From positions 62,001-126,000 of IMG/VR virus record IMGVR_UViG_3300027782_000025: DNA of 64,000 nt. The stretch is one strand, 5' to 3'. Under the pieces are notes generated by a model. It worked only from the letters and a program-made list of their open reading frames with translations. It made no database searches and had not been told where the DNA came from. Below, piece after piece: positions 47,628-57,253 of the stretch (position 1 is its first letter; every line of letters begins with the position of its first letter). The position numbers and the translations under genes are program-made.

Positions 47628-48176
47628 TTACTTTACGTCTGATAGACCTAATCTTCGCGCCATAGCTTCTTTATTAGATTCATTCGGATGCATAGCTGCC
47701 GCTTGATTGCTACCAAAGCTAGCCATATTTTGTTGGTAATACGCTTCAAATTCCTCGATAGAACAAATGCCTTGTTGCTCTCCCTGCGCTGTTTTTATTC
47801 TATAAGTGACTCCTTCATCATCTGCGACCCACTTCGCGGACGGCGAATTAAAAATCTCAGGAAATGATAACTTTGTCTCTTTAATTTCGTCTTTATCCCA
47901 CGACATATTTTTTAAATATTTTTCTTTAAATTGCTTGACCATTTCGGAGTTAATATGCGGTAAAAAGAATTTCTGGTATATTGGTAGAAAATTATTGACA
48001 TGAGCAACACCATTCTGGTTGCCTTGTTGACTAATTATTTGATATTGGATCTCTCCGTCAGGTCCGATGAAATACTTGCCAAAAGCACCGTAGGCTAGTG
48101 GTGGAAATTTAAGAGACTCGATATCTATCGTTTCCGAAAGTAGCTTTTTTTCATGCAAAATAGACGATATATTCAT
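47628..48176 (-). CDS. hypothetical protein with internal duplication, probable internal head protein
   Basis: ATG 48176 MNISSILHEKKLLSET (track GTG 48209); two ~35-aa repeats. Confidence 0.6.
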   Translation of the reverse strand: MNISSILHEKKLLSETIDIESLKFPPLAYGAFGKYFIGPDGEIQYQIISQQGNQNGVAHVNNFLPIYQKFFLPHINSEMVKQFKEKYLKNMSWDKDEIKETKLSFPEIFNSPSAKWVADDEGVTYRIKTAQGEQQGICSIEEFEAYYQQNMASFGSNQAAAMHPNESNKEAMARRLGLSDVK

Positions 48177-48261
48177 TATAAAGATCCGATAAAACAAATG
48201 AAATTTCACTACTTATTTATCTTTTCTTGTAGTTAATTAACGCAAGCAGATACTAGTATAC

Positions 48262-48298
48262 AAAAAAACCCGAGCTTTGCGGCTCGGGTTCTTTTTTT
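48262..48298. terminator. bidirectional intrinsic terminator downstream of major capsid gene
   Basis: AAAAAAACCCGAGC-tttgcg-GCTCGGGTTCTTTTTTT. Confidence 0.9.
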
Positions 48299-48325
48299 AA
48301 CCGATTCTTGTTAAAGAACCAAGTC

Positions 48326-49900
48326 TTAGAGGTTAGAAACGTTGATCACACCGTAGTACAAGCCACCGTCTTCGATCAACTTCTTACCATATCGGGTCAT
48401 GATGCCCTTGTTAGGTGTGAAGCTATTAGGATCAAGAACAGTAGGAGTGCTAAGCAAAGGAATGTAAGGAGCATAGAAATAACCCGCATCCAATACACTA
48501 TTACCCTTGAAGCCGAGCAAGATCTTGCAATTAGGGAAGAGAGGATCTTTATAGAGCCTGATCTTGCCTTGGATGGTACCAATGTTCATGATACCGATAT
48601 CAATGCCATCGGTTGTAAGAGCATCGCTTGCACGGAAATCGTTAAGCTGCTCAAACTTGGAAGCGATATCGGAACTCATAACAGCCCAGTTAGCAGGACC
48701 ACGAAGAGTGGTTCTGTGGATAATGTTCGCAACTTCGAGTGTCTTATAAAGCAACGCGATGTTACGATCAGTAAAGTTAACTGAAGCTCCAGCTGCAGTG
48801 GCGAAGTTATGGGTAGCACGAATCGAAGAAGCGATAATCAAGTCATTGATAATTTCGCGGTCGATTTCTGCAACCATTTCGTCAGCCATTAAATCAGTCA
48901 AGGTGCTCTCAGCATCAATGTTATGCACTGATTTGAGATCTTGAGCAGCTTCTAATGACCAGCTGGTCTTAAGCTTGCGGGTAACAGCAGCAACGCTATC
49001 ACTGTCAATGCTCAAGGTTACTTCTGGCTGGAATGGGTTAGCTTCGAGATCGTACTCATAATTAACGCGTGCTACGGACCCAGTTGGGAACGAGCCGGAT
49101 TGCAATGATACGGTTACAACTCCGGTGCTGTGATTGAAAGAGGAATTGCCGGTATCAACAGCAAGAATGCTGGTGAAATCGGTGCAATCGCCGATCAAAA
49201 CCACATCAACCGCGCCAGTAGAGTCAAAACCAACTCGGAGGCAAGGTGTTGGATCATCACAATTAGGGTTTGCTGCTGCTTCGCTAGGGAAGACTTCTAC
49301 AACCACGGTGCCAGCAAGAACTGGACGATGACTCAAAGTACCGCTAACACCAGTAAGCGAACCATTGATGGTCGCGTCTTCACCCTTAACTTCTTGGGAA
49401 GAATAATAAGGATCAAGTGCCCAGCCATTATTTCGTGAGAAATTTTGAGCTGTGTTTTGGCGCATGATCTGGGTGCCAGCTACCGTTTGGCCTTTAGTAA
49501 GAGCATAACGATACCTGATGTAGAAAATCAAACTAGCTGGTTGACTCATGGGCTGAACACCAACAAGGTTATCAGCGATAAGTTTAGGATAGGATTTTCG
49601 GATGAGGGGCAATGCAAAGCGAGTAAAGTCCGCAATGTTTGCAGTGGTGGTTTGATCTTCGAGAATCATCGATCGGTTGCCTGGGTTCCAAGCATTGAAT
49701 TGATTTTCGAGGATAGACGCCATAAGGCCGAATTTGCTCTTCGCAACTTCACGGCACTTGGAAAGAACTGGAGTCCATTTCTTTACCAAGGTGTTTTTAC
49801 GACCTTCGTTGAGCACTGCTGCTCGGTGAAGATCGGCAGATTCGGTGATAAAACGGTTTTGGCCGCCGGCCAAGTGTTGGCCATTAGACTTATTCAACAT
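48326..49900 (-). CDS. major capsid protein (T4 gp23-like)
   Basis: KWTPVL, LENQ, LIADNLVGVQPMSQP, TRKLKTSWSLEAAQDL, EIDREII, DAGYFYAPYIPL, GIMTRYG. Confidence 0.97.
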   Translation of the reverse strand: MLNKSNGQHLAGGQNRFITESADLHRAAVLNEGRKNTLVKKWTPVLSKCREVAKSKFGLMASILENQFNAWNPGNRSMILEDQTTTANIADFTRFALPLIRKSYPKLIADNLVGVQPMSQPASLIFYIRYRYALTKGQTVAGTQIMRQNTAQNFSRNNGWALDPYYSSQEVKGEDATINGSLTGVSGTLSHRPVLAGTVVVEVFPSEAAANPNCDDPTPCLRVGFDSTGAVDVVLIGDCTDFTSILAVDTGNSSFNHSTGVVTVSLQSGSFPTGSVARVNYEYDLEANPFQPEVTLSIDSDSVAAVTRKLKTSWSLEAAQDLKSVHNIDAESTLTDLMADEMVAEIDREIINDLIIASSIRATHNFATAAGASVNFTDRNIALLYKTLEVANIIHRTTLRGPANWAVMSSDIASKFEQLNDFRASDALTTDGIDIGIMNIGTIQGKIRLYKDPLFPNCKILLGFKGNSVLDAGYFYAPYIPLLSTPTVLDPNSFTPNKGIMTRYGKKLIEDGGLYYGVINVSNL

Positions 49901-49919
49901 TAAAAAATTCTCCTCAGAA

Positions 49920-50648
49920 TTAGATTAGGTTCTCGTCAAGATTAGCCGCAATGCTATTGATATTATAACCACCGGCAACAATAGCTGGTTGCTTAGGTGG
50001 AGTGGATGGGTCTTGGCTTTCTACTAATGTTGGCCTGGTGGTAGTAGGGTTTTGGGAAAGACTCTTCCTTGGCAACAGGTTAGGCCTGCTTGCTTTGGGA
50101 GCTCTATTCTCAGTAACCGTCTTAGTACCAACCAACATACGTTTGAGTCTGATATTCTCAGATTCAAGTCCCTGTGATTCAGCTAGAATTTTGCGAGCAA
50201 TAGAAGTCTGCTTGTTCGCTAGTTCATTGGCCTTATCGCAGGATTCAACAAGTTGCCTAATTTTGGCTTTTGCAGCTTCAAAACTAGTCTTCAGCTTGCC
50301 ATCGTTTCCAACATTCAGCTCGATGCCTTCTACTAGAGCGGCAATTTTATTGAGCTTGCTGGTACTTTTGGACTCTGAAGATACTGACTGCTTTCGAAGC
50401 TGAGCTTCGATAGCGGCACCCTTGGTTTCACAGAATATTTGTACGCGTCGAGCCAAATCACGTTTGTACGTTTCGGTTTCTTCAACGCAAATCTTTTTGG
50501 CCTTGCTAATCTTGGTGACAAATTCTGCCTCCAAAGATTCTTTGATAGTTGATTTGTAAGATTCTAAGGATTCGATGATCCTACCAGTAAATTCTGGTTG
50601 AACTCCAGCTTTTTGCAACAAATCTTTTAATTCAGCGATAGCTTCCAT
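49920..50648 (-). CDS. prohead scaffold protein (gp22-like)
   Basis: coiled-coil, between protease and MCP, multiple [IL]-x-E-S sites. Confidence 0.7.
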   Translation of the reverse strand: MEAIAELKDLLQKAGVQPEFTGRIIESLESYKSTIKESLEAEFVTKISKAKKICVEETETYKRDLARRVQIFCETKGAAIEAQLRKQSVSSESKSTSKLNKIAALVEGIELNVGNDGKLKTSFEAAKAKIRQLVESCDKANELANKQTSIARKILAESQGLESENIRLKRMLVGTKTVTENRAPKASRPNLLPRKSLSQNPTTTRPTLVESQDPSTPPKQPAIVAGGYNINSIAANLDENLI

Positions 50649-50699
50649 CTTTATACTCCTAAACGTTGATCTGAAATTATTTTTGACAAAAAACGCAAT

Positions 50700-51422
50700 T
50701 TACGAAAGACCGAAAAATTTATTAATCTCTTCAACCACCATGTTTTGGTAAACAGACGGCGAAAATTTCTTTTTCATAGCCTTTAATGGAGTCATTCTTT
50801 TTTTAAGATCCTCTTGGATATTAAGAATAGCACCATTAACGCTAGGCTCAGCCACAGCATCCCAAGTCACGAATGTGTAGCCTGGTAAAACCCTATAAGT
50901 CTCTTGGCCATTGCTTTCGCTAACTACTTCCATATCGCCAACACCACGAGAGCTGATGCCGACTCTCACTTTATGTTCGAATAGGCCACGCAAGCAAGCA
51001 CCGCAAGGTAATTTATGAAGTATCTCTGCTTCACCAAAAACCTTTCGTCCTTCCATCCAGACATTCGTCATTAGATGGCTAACTCTATCAAGGTGAATTT
51101 TAGCATCACTAGGATGATCGAATTCGCCAAGTACTGCTCTAGCCTTGATATCTTCTTGGATTTGCTTGATAGCTGGCGCTAAGACTTCATTGGTCGAATA
51201 ATAGCGACCATTGCCGTTAGGTTGATCGCCCATCTGGATAAGACCTGTCACTCGTAGAACTGGAGTACCATTTCCATTGCGATCTTCCCTGATAGCATTC
51301 TTCTTATCTAAGATTTTAAATTCATGAGTATCCCTGATCAGCTTCATGCCGGCAGGGATTACTCCTGTTTCTGCGATTACTCTTCGATTCTGAAAACACG
51401 ATGTTCTTCGACTAGGTATCAT
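50700..51422 (-). CDS. prohead maturation protease (T4 gp21-like)
   Basis: NGNGRYY, LGEFDHP, RVSH, GISSRGVG, TWDAVAEPS; ATG 51422 with GGAG RBS (track 51452). Confidence 0.95.
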   Translation of the reverse strand: MIPSRRTSCFQNRRVIAETGVIPAGMKLIRDTHEFKILDKKNAIREDRNGNGTPVLRVTGLIQMGDQPNGNGRYYSTNEVLAPAIKQIQEDIKARAVLGEFDHPSDAKIHLDRVSHLMTNVWMEGRKVFGEAEILHKLPCGACLRGLFEHKVRVGISSRGVGDMEVVSESNGQETYRVLPGYTFVTWDAVAEPSVNGAILNIQEDLKKRMTPLKAMKKKFSPSVYQNMVVEEINKFFGLS

Positions 51423-51432
51423 TATTTGCTCC

Positions 51433-54400
51433 TTAAAGGTCAATATTGTCAAGATCGTCGCGATCGCCGATTCCCTCGACTGATTCGTCGTTCTTACGCT
51501 TGTTGACCTTCGGTTTTACATCTGTGCGTGGGTCTTCTTCGGCTTGTTTATGATACTTGGGCTTGCTAGGGTCCGTAATATCATTATCTTCATTAAGACC
51601 GTCGAAATCTTCGTCTTCGTCCTCAGTATCGATGTTGTCATCGTCCGACTCGTCTTCATACTCTTCATCATCGGCCGATTCATCATCCGCATATTCTTCA
51701 CCGTCAGCGAGTTCATCACCGTCCTCGATGGCTTCGTCATCCATTGACTCACCGCCATCAATTAGTTCCTCATCACCAAATTCATCATCGAGATCTTCTT
51801 CTTCCATTCCGGACATTTCCATGTCGTCATCTTCGATGTCTGAAGCATCCATATTCATTTCATCATCGCTTTCAAGACCCAATTCATCCTTAATCTCGTC
51901 GATTTCATCATGAATGCTATCAATTTCAGCTCTCATTTCATGGTCTGATCCACCTTCATCGCCGTATTCGTCTCCGCCTAGTTCGAGATCTAATGAACTC
52001 ATGTCGCCATCGGAGCCATCTTCGAGGCCATCTTCTTCGCCGGCCATGTCATCAGTGCTTTCAAACTCATCTTCGCCACCAATTTCGTCGGCGTCATCAA
52101 GGTCGCCTTCGCCTTCAAGATCTTGATCTACATCGCCCATGTCGACTCCTTCTTCGTCGTCGACAGCCGAAAAATCAGGCATATCTTCTTCCTCCGAAGG
52201 CGATGATATGGAAGGCTCAGTAGCTTCTACAGGTTTCATTGCATCAATTTCTTCTTCGAATTCTTCATTTAAAAAGTTTCGTTCAGATTCGGAGATTGGT
52301 GAAAGCTGGTCGATACTACCTGCTAACCACTCACGAAATAATGAAGAATTTCCTTTGATTACCCTAGCAGCAGCTAAAGCACTATTTTGAACTTTTTTAG
52401 GAACGGGTATTTCGACTGTTCCGTCTTCTGACATAACGACTGCAGGTAATTCTGCATTACCATGGTCAAGAGCAAACTTGGCGCCATTGAAGACCCCATA
52501 AAGGACATCGCCGTTTTTAGAAGTCCAGCGGATAGCGTTTTCGCTTACTGGCTTTGCAGCCTCTTCATTTTTCTTACCAGCCTTGCCAAATGAATTTCTG
52601 CTTAGCCCGCGTTTTCGCATTATCGGGGATTTCCTCTGGCTTTCCTTGACTGCAGCCCGAGTGTTTTGGTAAGTGTCGACTATTTGATTAACAGCTAGAG
52701 GAAGCATAGATTGATTTAGATTCAAAACGACCTTTCGAATGCAAGATTCAACGATCTTGGGAAGTCCTTTTACCAATTGTTCATTGGTCAAATTATTAGC
52801 TATTACATGCCTGTCGACCATCTTAACTATCATTTGGATCTTTGAATTATCATTAATCGCAGTCTTACCATATTGACCCATTATAGCTCTATCGCCTTTG
52901 GAAACATTGTAGGCATACTGATCAGTAGATTCGTTTATCGGTCGTTTATTTTTATTACGGCTTTCTAGTCTTGGGGGGCCACCTGGGGCTGCGCCTGGAG
53001 CTGGTGCTGCACCTGGGGCTGCGCCTGGAGCTGGTGCTGCGCCGGGAGCGGGAGCTGCACCAGGGGCTGGTGGTGCGCCGGCTGTAGGTGGCTCGTCGAG
53101 TAGTGCAGATAAATCATCTTCGCCGCCGGCTTCGTCTGGCATGCCAAGATCGTCTTCACCTTCTTCACTTGCTGCTGAACTCTTCCCGCCGATTTGAATC
53201 AGAGGAGAATTAATATTTATAACTGGTGCGCCCGAAGGAGCTTCTTCCTCTTCGGTATCGACTTCTGGCAGCCCAGAATCAGTGGTATTTGGCATTTGAT
53301 CGAAATCCGCAAGATTTTCATTCGAAGTCACTTCCTCTTGGATAGTGGCTATCAAATCTTCCGCTTCATAAATCGTTGCATCATCAACAGCCTTATCTTT
53401 CAGCTTGTTTATTAAGCCGTCGAGCTTACTCTTTAATTCATGGTTTTCCATGATTCTAGGAGTCTTATCTCTTAGCTGGCTTAAAGTAGTCGCAAGCGCT
53501 TCCGCAGCTATTTCTCTGTTTCCGATGGTTTCAAAAATAAGGTCCAAGAATTTATTATAAACTGGTTCGAATTCCTGAGCTTCAGATAATATAGCAACAT
53601 TCTGTGCAAGATTATAATTTTCAACAGCGCTTGCAATATTCTTCCATTCTTTAACGATCTTGCTGCGATTTACTCGCAGGTTCGTCTTATGGAATAATGT
53701 CGCCACATCTTCACATAATTGTGGGTTAAAGATCGCCTTTGCTGCAAGTGCGTTAGAAACGAGTTCTTTGGTTTGCGATCTATTCAAGAGAGTAAATTCT
53801 TCGTACTCTTCTAAAAATGGTGCAACCAAATTAACCGCTTTGTCTACATTACCTTCGGATATCAAAGAGGCAACATCATAAATGCGCCCTTGAAAACCTT
53901 GGCTAAGATATGCTTCCATCGCTACTTTACGCATAGTCTTTGCTGTTAACTTCTTAGTAGCCCATTTTGAAACGGGCAGATTAAACTGTTCGCCATCAAT
54001 GAAATGGCCACCAATAGCGTGATTATCTTCAACAATCACTCTGGTAGAAATCGATTCTACCACACAAGCAACGATTTTTTTCTTGATGTCTTCGTTAATT
54101 TGTTCTGGAGTTCTTACCTTAATACGGCGCACAACGCCGTCTTTACTGCAAACCATCCCAGATTCTGGGATAACGCGGCCGGTAAAGCGTTGAGCCTTCA
54201 TACGTCCAAAAGTAGATTGCATACCCTTTTGGTCATTCCGTTCAATAGCGTTAATCAAACGCAAGCATGATTCTTCGAAAAGACCAGCTTTTTGACTTTC
54301 TACTATAGAGATAGGTTGAATATCGGTGATATTTATTGCACCATGTGACTTATGGTGTTTAGCGATATAAAAGGTGTTAGATCCTACATCTTCGATGTAA

Positions 54401-54576
54401 AGATCTTTCGAATAAAGCGCAGCCAAGCGCCAGTTTTTATTTGTTGCCTTGCCTAGTTCCTTAACTTTAGATTCAAAAAAAGCTACTTTAGCCTGAGCTG
54501 AATCGTTAAGGGCTCCCAAGAACTTTCGGCTATCCATTCGGATTGGACTAAGCGCTTTGTTCTGGTTCTGAGCCAT
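51433..54576 (-). CDS. large acidic prohead core protein
   Basis: 1047 aa between portal and protease; long D/E tract; many [ILV]-x-E sites; PA linker. Confidence 0.6.
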   Translation of the reverse strand: MAQNQNKALSPIRMDSRKFLGALNDSAQAKVAFFESKVKELGKATNKNWRLAALYSKDLYIEDVGSNTFYIAKHHKSHGAINITDIQPISIVESQKAGLFEESCLRLINAIERNDQKGMQSTFGRMKAQRFTGRVIPESGMVCSKDGVVRRIKVRTPEQINEDIKKKIVACVVESISTRVIVEDNHAIGGHFIDGEQFNLPVSKWATKKLTAKTMRKVAMEAYLSQGFQGRIYDVASLISEGNVDKAVNLVAPFLEEYEEFTLLNRSQTKELVSNALAAKAIFNPQLCEDVATLFHKTNLRVNRSKIVKEWKNIASAVENYNLAQNVAILSEAQEFEPVYNKFLDLIFETIGNREIAAEALATTLSQLRDKTPRIMENHELKSKLDGLINKLKDKAVDDATIYEAEDLIATIQEEVTSNENLADFDQMPNTTDSGLPEVDTEEEEAPSGAPVININSPLIQIGGKSSAASEEGEDDLGMPDEAGGEDDLSALLDEPPTAGAPPAPGAAPAPGAAPAPGAAPGAAPAPGAAPGGPPRLESRNKNKRPINESTDQYAYNVSKGDRAIMGQYGKTAINDNSKIQMIVKMVDRHVIANNLTNEQLVKGLPKIVESCIRKVVLNLNQSMLPLAVNQIVDTYQNTRAAVKESQRKSPIMRKRGLSRNSFGKAGKKNEEAAKPVSENAIRWTSKNGDVLYGVFNGAKFALDHGNAELPAVVMSEDGTVEIPVPKKVQNSALAAARVIKGNSSLFREWLAGSIDQLSPISESERNFLNEEFEEEIDAMKPVEATEPSISSPSEEEDMPDFSAVDDEEGVDMGDVDQDLEGEGDLDDADEIGGEDEFESTDDMAGEEDGLEDGSDGDMSSLDLELGGDEYGDEGGSDHEMRAEIDSIHDEIDEIKDELGLESDDEMNMDASDIEDDDMEMSGMEEEDLDDEFGDEELIDGGESMDDEAIEDGDELADGEEYADDESADDEEYEDESDDDNIDTEDEDEDFDGLNEDNDITDPSKPKYHKQAEEDPRTDVKPKVNKRKNDESVEGIGDRDDLDNIDL
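52981..53040. repeat. 30-bp perfect tandem repeat x2 (AAPAPGAAPG)
   Basis: acctggggctgcgcctggagctggtgctgc twice. Confidence 0.9.
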
Positions 54577-54636
54577 AATAATACTCCCATTAAAACAGTG
54601 AAAAGTTATAATTAATTTTTGCTAAAAAGTATATGC

Positions 54637-57135
54637 TCATGATTTTGGTAAATCATGCTCTGTGATATCAGCACCTTGTGATTCAGTGATCGGATGCCCT
54701 TTAGCTCTCATCAATATGTCATAATTTTCCTTAATGACTTCATCCCTGATAGCTTTAGGCACTGACCATTCTACTAATAAATCATTATCTTGGTTTGGAT
54801 CATGAATTATATTAGTCATTGGTTTTGGTTGGTTTCTAGAAAGACCATCCAATTCCTTTGATTCTATTAAATATTCATATTTAGTGTTCAAAGTCTTTGT
54901 ATCGTCATAACTAAATCCGCGCCTCTCATGTATCTTTTCTAAATATGTTCTAACCCTTCCTGACACTTCTTTGCGCTTCATTTCGTTAATCAGCTTTTTA
55001 TGAGCCTTGGCGTCAAAGCCGCCCTCACCAAGCGGCGGTAAACCTCCAGCGTCAGCACCACCAGGAGGAGCACCTGCGTCAGCACCACCAGGAGGAGCAC
55101 CTGCGTCAGCACCACCAACAGGAGGAGCGCCACCTTCAGCACCTTCTGGTGGCGCACCGCCTTCTGGAGGAGCATCACCAGCGCCTTCTAAACCACCCAT
55201 AGCACCGCCGCCGCCGCCACCGCCACCGCCACCGCCACCTCCGCCTTCTTCACCACCTTCTTCGCTTTCAGGAGACTTACTAAGCATTTCTAAATCTTTT
55301 AATTCTTGAATTTCGTCAGGAGTTAGATCGGTAAAATGGGTAACGATCCATTCTTTTGGGAACCAGCCAAGATCTTTAAGATCAGACATTACACCTACTC
55401 TTGTTCTCCAAGATTCGATCCTATATAATTCTTCCATGGCACTAGTAGCGGTAAGTGCTATTTCGAAGCCTTTAAGATCTTCAACAGAAAAACCTTTAAG
55501 TGCTAAATGGACAATAGCCACCTTTGTTAAGCCGTTTGCCACTTCTCTCTGAATATACTGAACGGCTTTAGCGAACTCGCTATGGCTCTGTGATAAGGAT
55601 TTTTCGCTTGACTCTCCAGCACCTTCCCCGATACCTACCCTAGCAAATGGTATTTTCATAGGCGCTACCATCTTCTTTTTAAAATATTCGATATCTGCTA
55701 TTTTATCGACATTTTCACCGCCTTGTAGTATTTCAACATCAGGGCCAGTGCCGTCGCTACGTCTAGGCAGAAAATAATCATCTTCTTGAATTAGAGGACT
55801 ATATCGTTCATCAAAAGAGCCGGTGGTAGGGTTATAAAACCTCTGCCTCTTAAAATTCCTAGCAATCATCTGCATATATTCTGGAACTTCTTTGGGCGGT
55901 ATCATTCCAACAGGTATTATAAACTTGCGTCGTTCCGGTGCTCTTGTGATCCTATAAATCAAAGCGGCATCTTCCATCAACCGCAATTGCTTAAACGCCT
56001 TCCTACCGCCATCTAGTATTGACTTGCCGTAGGGGGCATAAAAGTTTTCAAAATTAGTTAATCGGAGATGCATAACTTGCCAAGGATGCAAGAATATGGG
56101 CTTTGGCCACATGCTATCCATGTGAAAGAATCCAATTAGATCACCATAACGGGTCTCGATCCTTGTGAAGTTATACACATTCATAAACTTAAGAGCCGCT
56201 ACCGATGTGCGGTCAGCGTCAAGCGTTATCTCAAACGGCATATCACCGTACTTGCACAGATACCTAATTGTAGGCCGGCAAAGAGTATCCCAATTTAAGG
56301 TATTATAAAACAGGCTTTCGAGTTCCCGCTTTAGGCGGATCGAACGTGCTCTAATAATTAAAGTGTGTTTACGCTCAGGGTCTACCAAGCTATTATGTAC
56401 TATCAGAAAATTAGGGCCTGTCCCGACAGCAAAGTTATGATGCTCAGGAACCTCTATATCGTATACTTTATCTGCCTTCCCAGCAACTTCTACGGCTTTC
56501 ACTACCTTCTCACCATCTTCTTCGGTCGGTGCATCGATGGGTGTACCGGTTATATCTGCATTAATTATAGTAAAAGAACGTATCCGCTGCCCCGCCTTTA
56601 ATTCAGATGCTCTAACATATTCATCTGTCTCAGTTAAGTAAAGATGCTCAGCAGTATTCGTTATGATGGTGCCATCTTCGAAGATAACTCTAATAGTATC
56701 AACATCAATGCCAGTGACTCTGGCGCCCTTAGCGACAGCTGGAACGAATTTCTGGTTGGCGATATCATACGCTATGACGATGAACTCATGCTCGCTACCG
56801 GCCTGAGCCAATTTTTCTATCGTGATCGTAGATCCATTAACTAATAATATTGGAGTACTACCCACTAAACAGGCTTCATCTGCATATAGATCGAGAGCTA
56901 AGCTTATTTCGCCGGTTTGATCCATCTGCTCATAGTCTTTATATCTCTCTAGGCGATTTATCTGAAGATTTGTTTGGTCTAAAATAGCGGCTTGCTGGTT
57001 AAAATCTAAAAAATCACCACCGGATGTCAATCTATCGAGGTTAGTCTGATCTTGAAAGATCCTTTCCGACTGATATATTCTATTCTGCCTTGTCAGGGCT
57101 CGTAATCTATCGAAAATTAACCAATTGCTAGCCAT
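54637..57135 (-). CDS. portal protein (T4 gp20-like), intein-containing
   Basis: ISLALDLYADE, LCKYGD, PYGKSIL, QLRLMEDAALIYRITRAPERR, EDDYFLPRR, DIEYFKKK; ATG 57135 with GGAG RBS (track 57147). Confidence 0.95.
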   Translation of the reverse strand: MASNWLIFDRLRALTRQNRIYQSERIFQDQTNLDRLTSGGDFLDFNQQAAILDQTNLQINRLERYKDYEQMDQTGEISLALDLYADEACLVGSTPILLVNGSTITIEKLAQAGSEHEFIVIAYDIANQKFVPAVAKGARVTGIDVDTIRVIFEDGTIITNTAEHLYLTETDEYVRASELKAGQRIRSFTIINADITGTPIDAPTEEDGEKVVKAVEVAGKADKVYDIEVPEHHNFAVGTGPNFLIVHNSLVDPERKHTLIIRARSIRLKRELESLFYNTLNWDTLCRPTIRYLCKYGDMPFEITLDADRTSVAALKFMNVYNFTRIETRYGDLIGFFHMDSMWPKPIFLHPWQVMHLRLTNFENFYAPYGKSILDGGRKAFKQLRLMEDAALIYRITRAPERRKFIIPVGMIPPKEVPEYMQMIARNFKRQRFYNPTTGSFDERYSPLIQEDDYFLPRRSDGTGPDVEILQGGENVDKIADIEYFKKKMVAPMKIPFARVGIGEGAGESSEKSLSQSHSEFAKAVQYIQREVANGLTKVAIVHLALKGFSVEDLKGFEIALTATSAMEELYRIESWRTRVGVMSDLKDLGWFPKEWIVTHFTDLTPDEIQELKDLEMLSKSPESEEGGEEGGGGGGGGGGGGGGAMGGLEGAGDAPPEGGAPPEGAEGGAPPVGGADAGAPPGGADAGAPPGGADAGGLPPLGEGGFDAKAHKKLINEMKRKEVSGRVRTYLEKIHERRGFSYDDTKTLNTKYEYLIESKELDGLSRNQPKPMTNIIHDPNQDNDLLVEWSVPKAIRDEVIKENYDILMRAKGHPITESQGADITEHDLPKS
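55049..55117. repeat. 27-bp tandem repeat (GAPPGGADA) in portal tail
   Basis: gcgtcagcaccaccaggaggagcacct x2.5; adjacent poly-Gly. Confidence 0.85.
56392..56871 (-). mobile_element. mini-intein (160 aa, no homing endonuclease) in portal
   Basis: starts CLVGSTPI (block A), TAEHLY (block B TxxH), VYDIEV..HHNF (block F), ends VHN followed by Ser. Confidence 0.95.
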
Positions 57136-57158
57136 ATGCCGCTCCAAGCCCTAAAATA

Positions 57159-57171
57159 AATATATTTACAA
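57159..57171 (-). promoter_or_regulatory. putative late promoter of portal/head operon (TTGTAAATATATT)
   Basis: identical 13-mer at 9791-9803; T4-late-like. Confidence 0.6.
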
Positions 57172-57253
57172 TAGCCAAATAACCTTAAAGCCGAATTAAT
57201 AACGGCTTAAATAATTTTAAATCGTTCTATATAATACAATTAAACCAATAATA

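Noticed and set aside
48308-50403. Long plus-strand ORFs antisense to MCP and scaffold, and similar ones opposite the core, portal and TerL
   Set aside because: Shadow frames from codon bias; no RBS or motifs
24805-55117. Tandem repeats as CRISPR array or DGR template/variable repeats
   Set aside because: All have unit lengths divisible by 3, no spacers, and encode Pro/Ala/Thr/Gly linkers; no reverse transcriptase or cas gene seen
57186-57210. Hairpin between TerL and portal as terminator
   Set aside because: 6-bp stem with long loop and weak U tract; insufficient support
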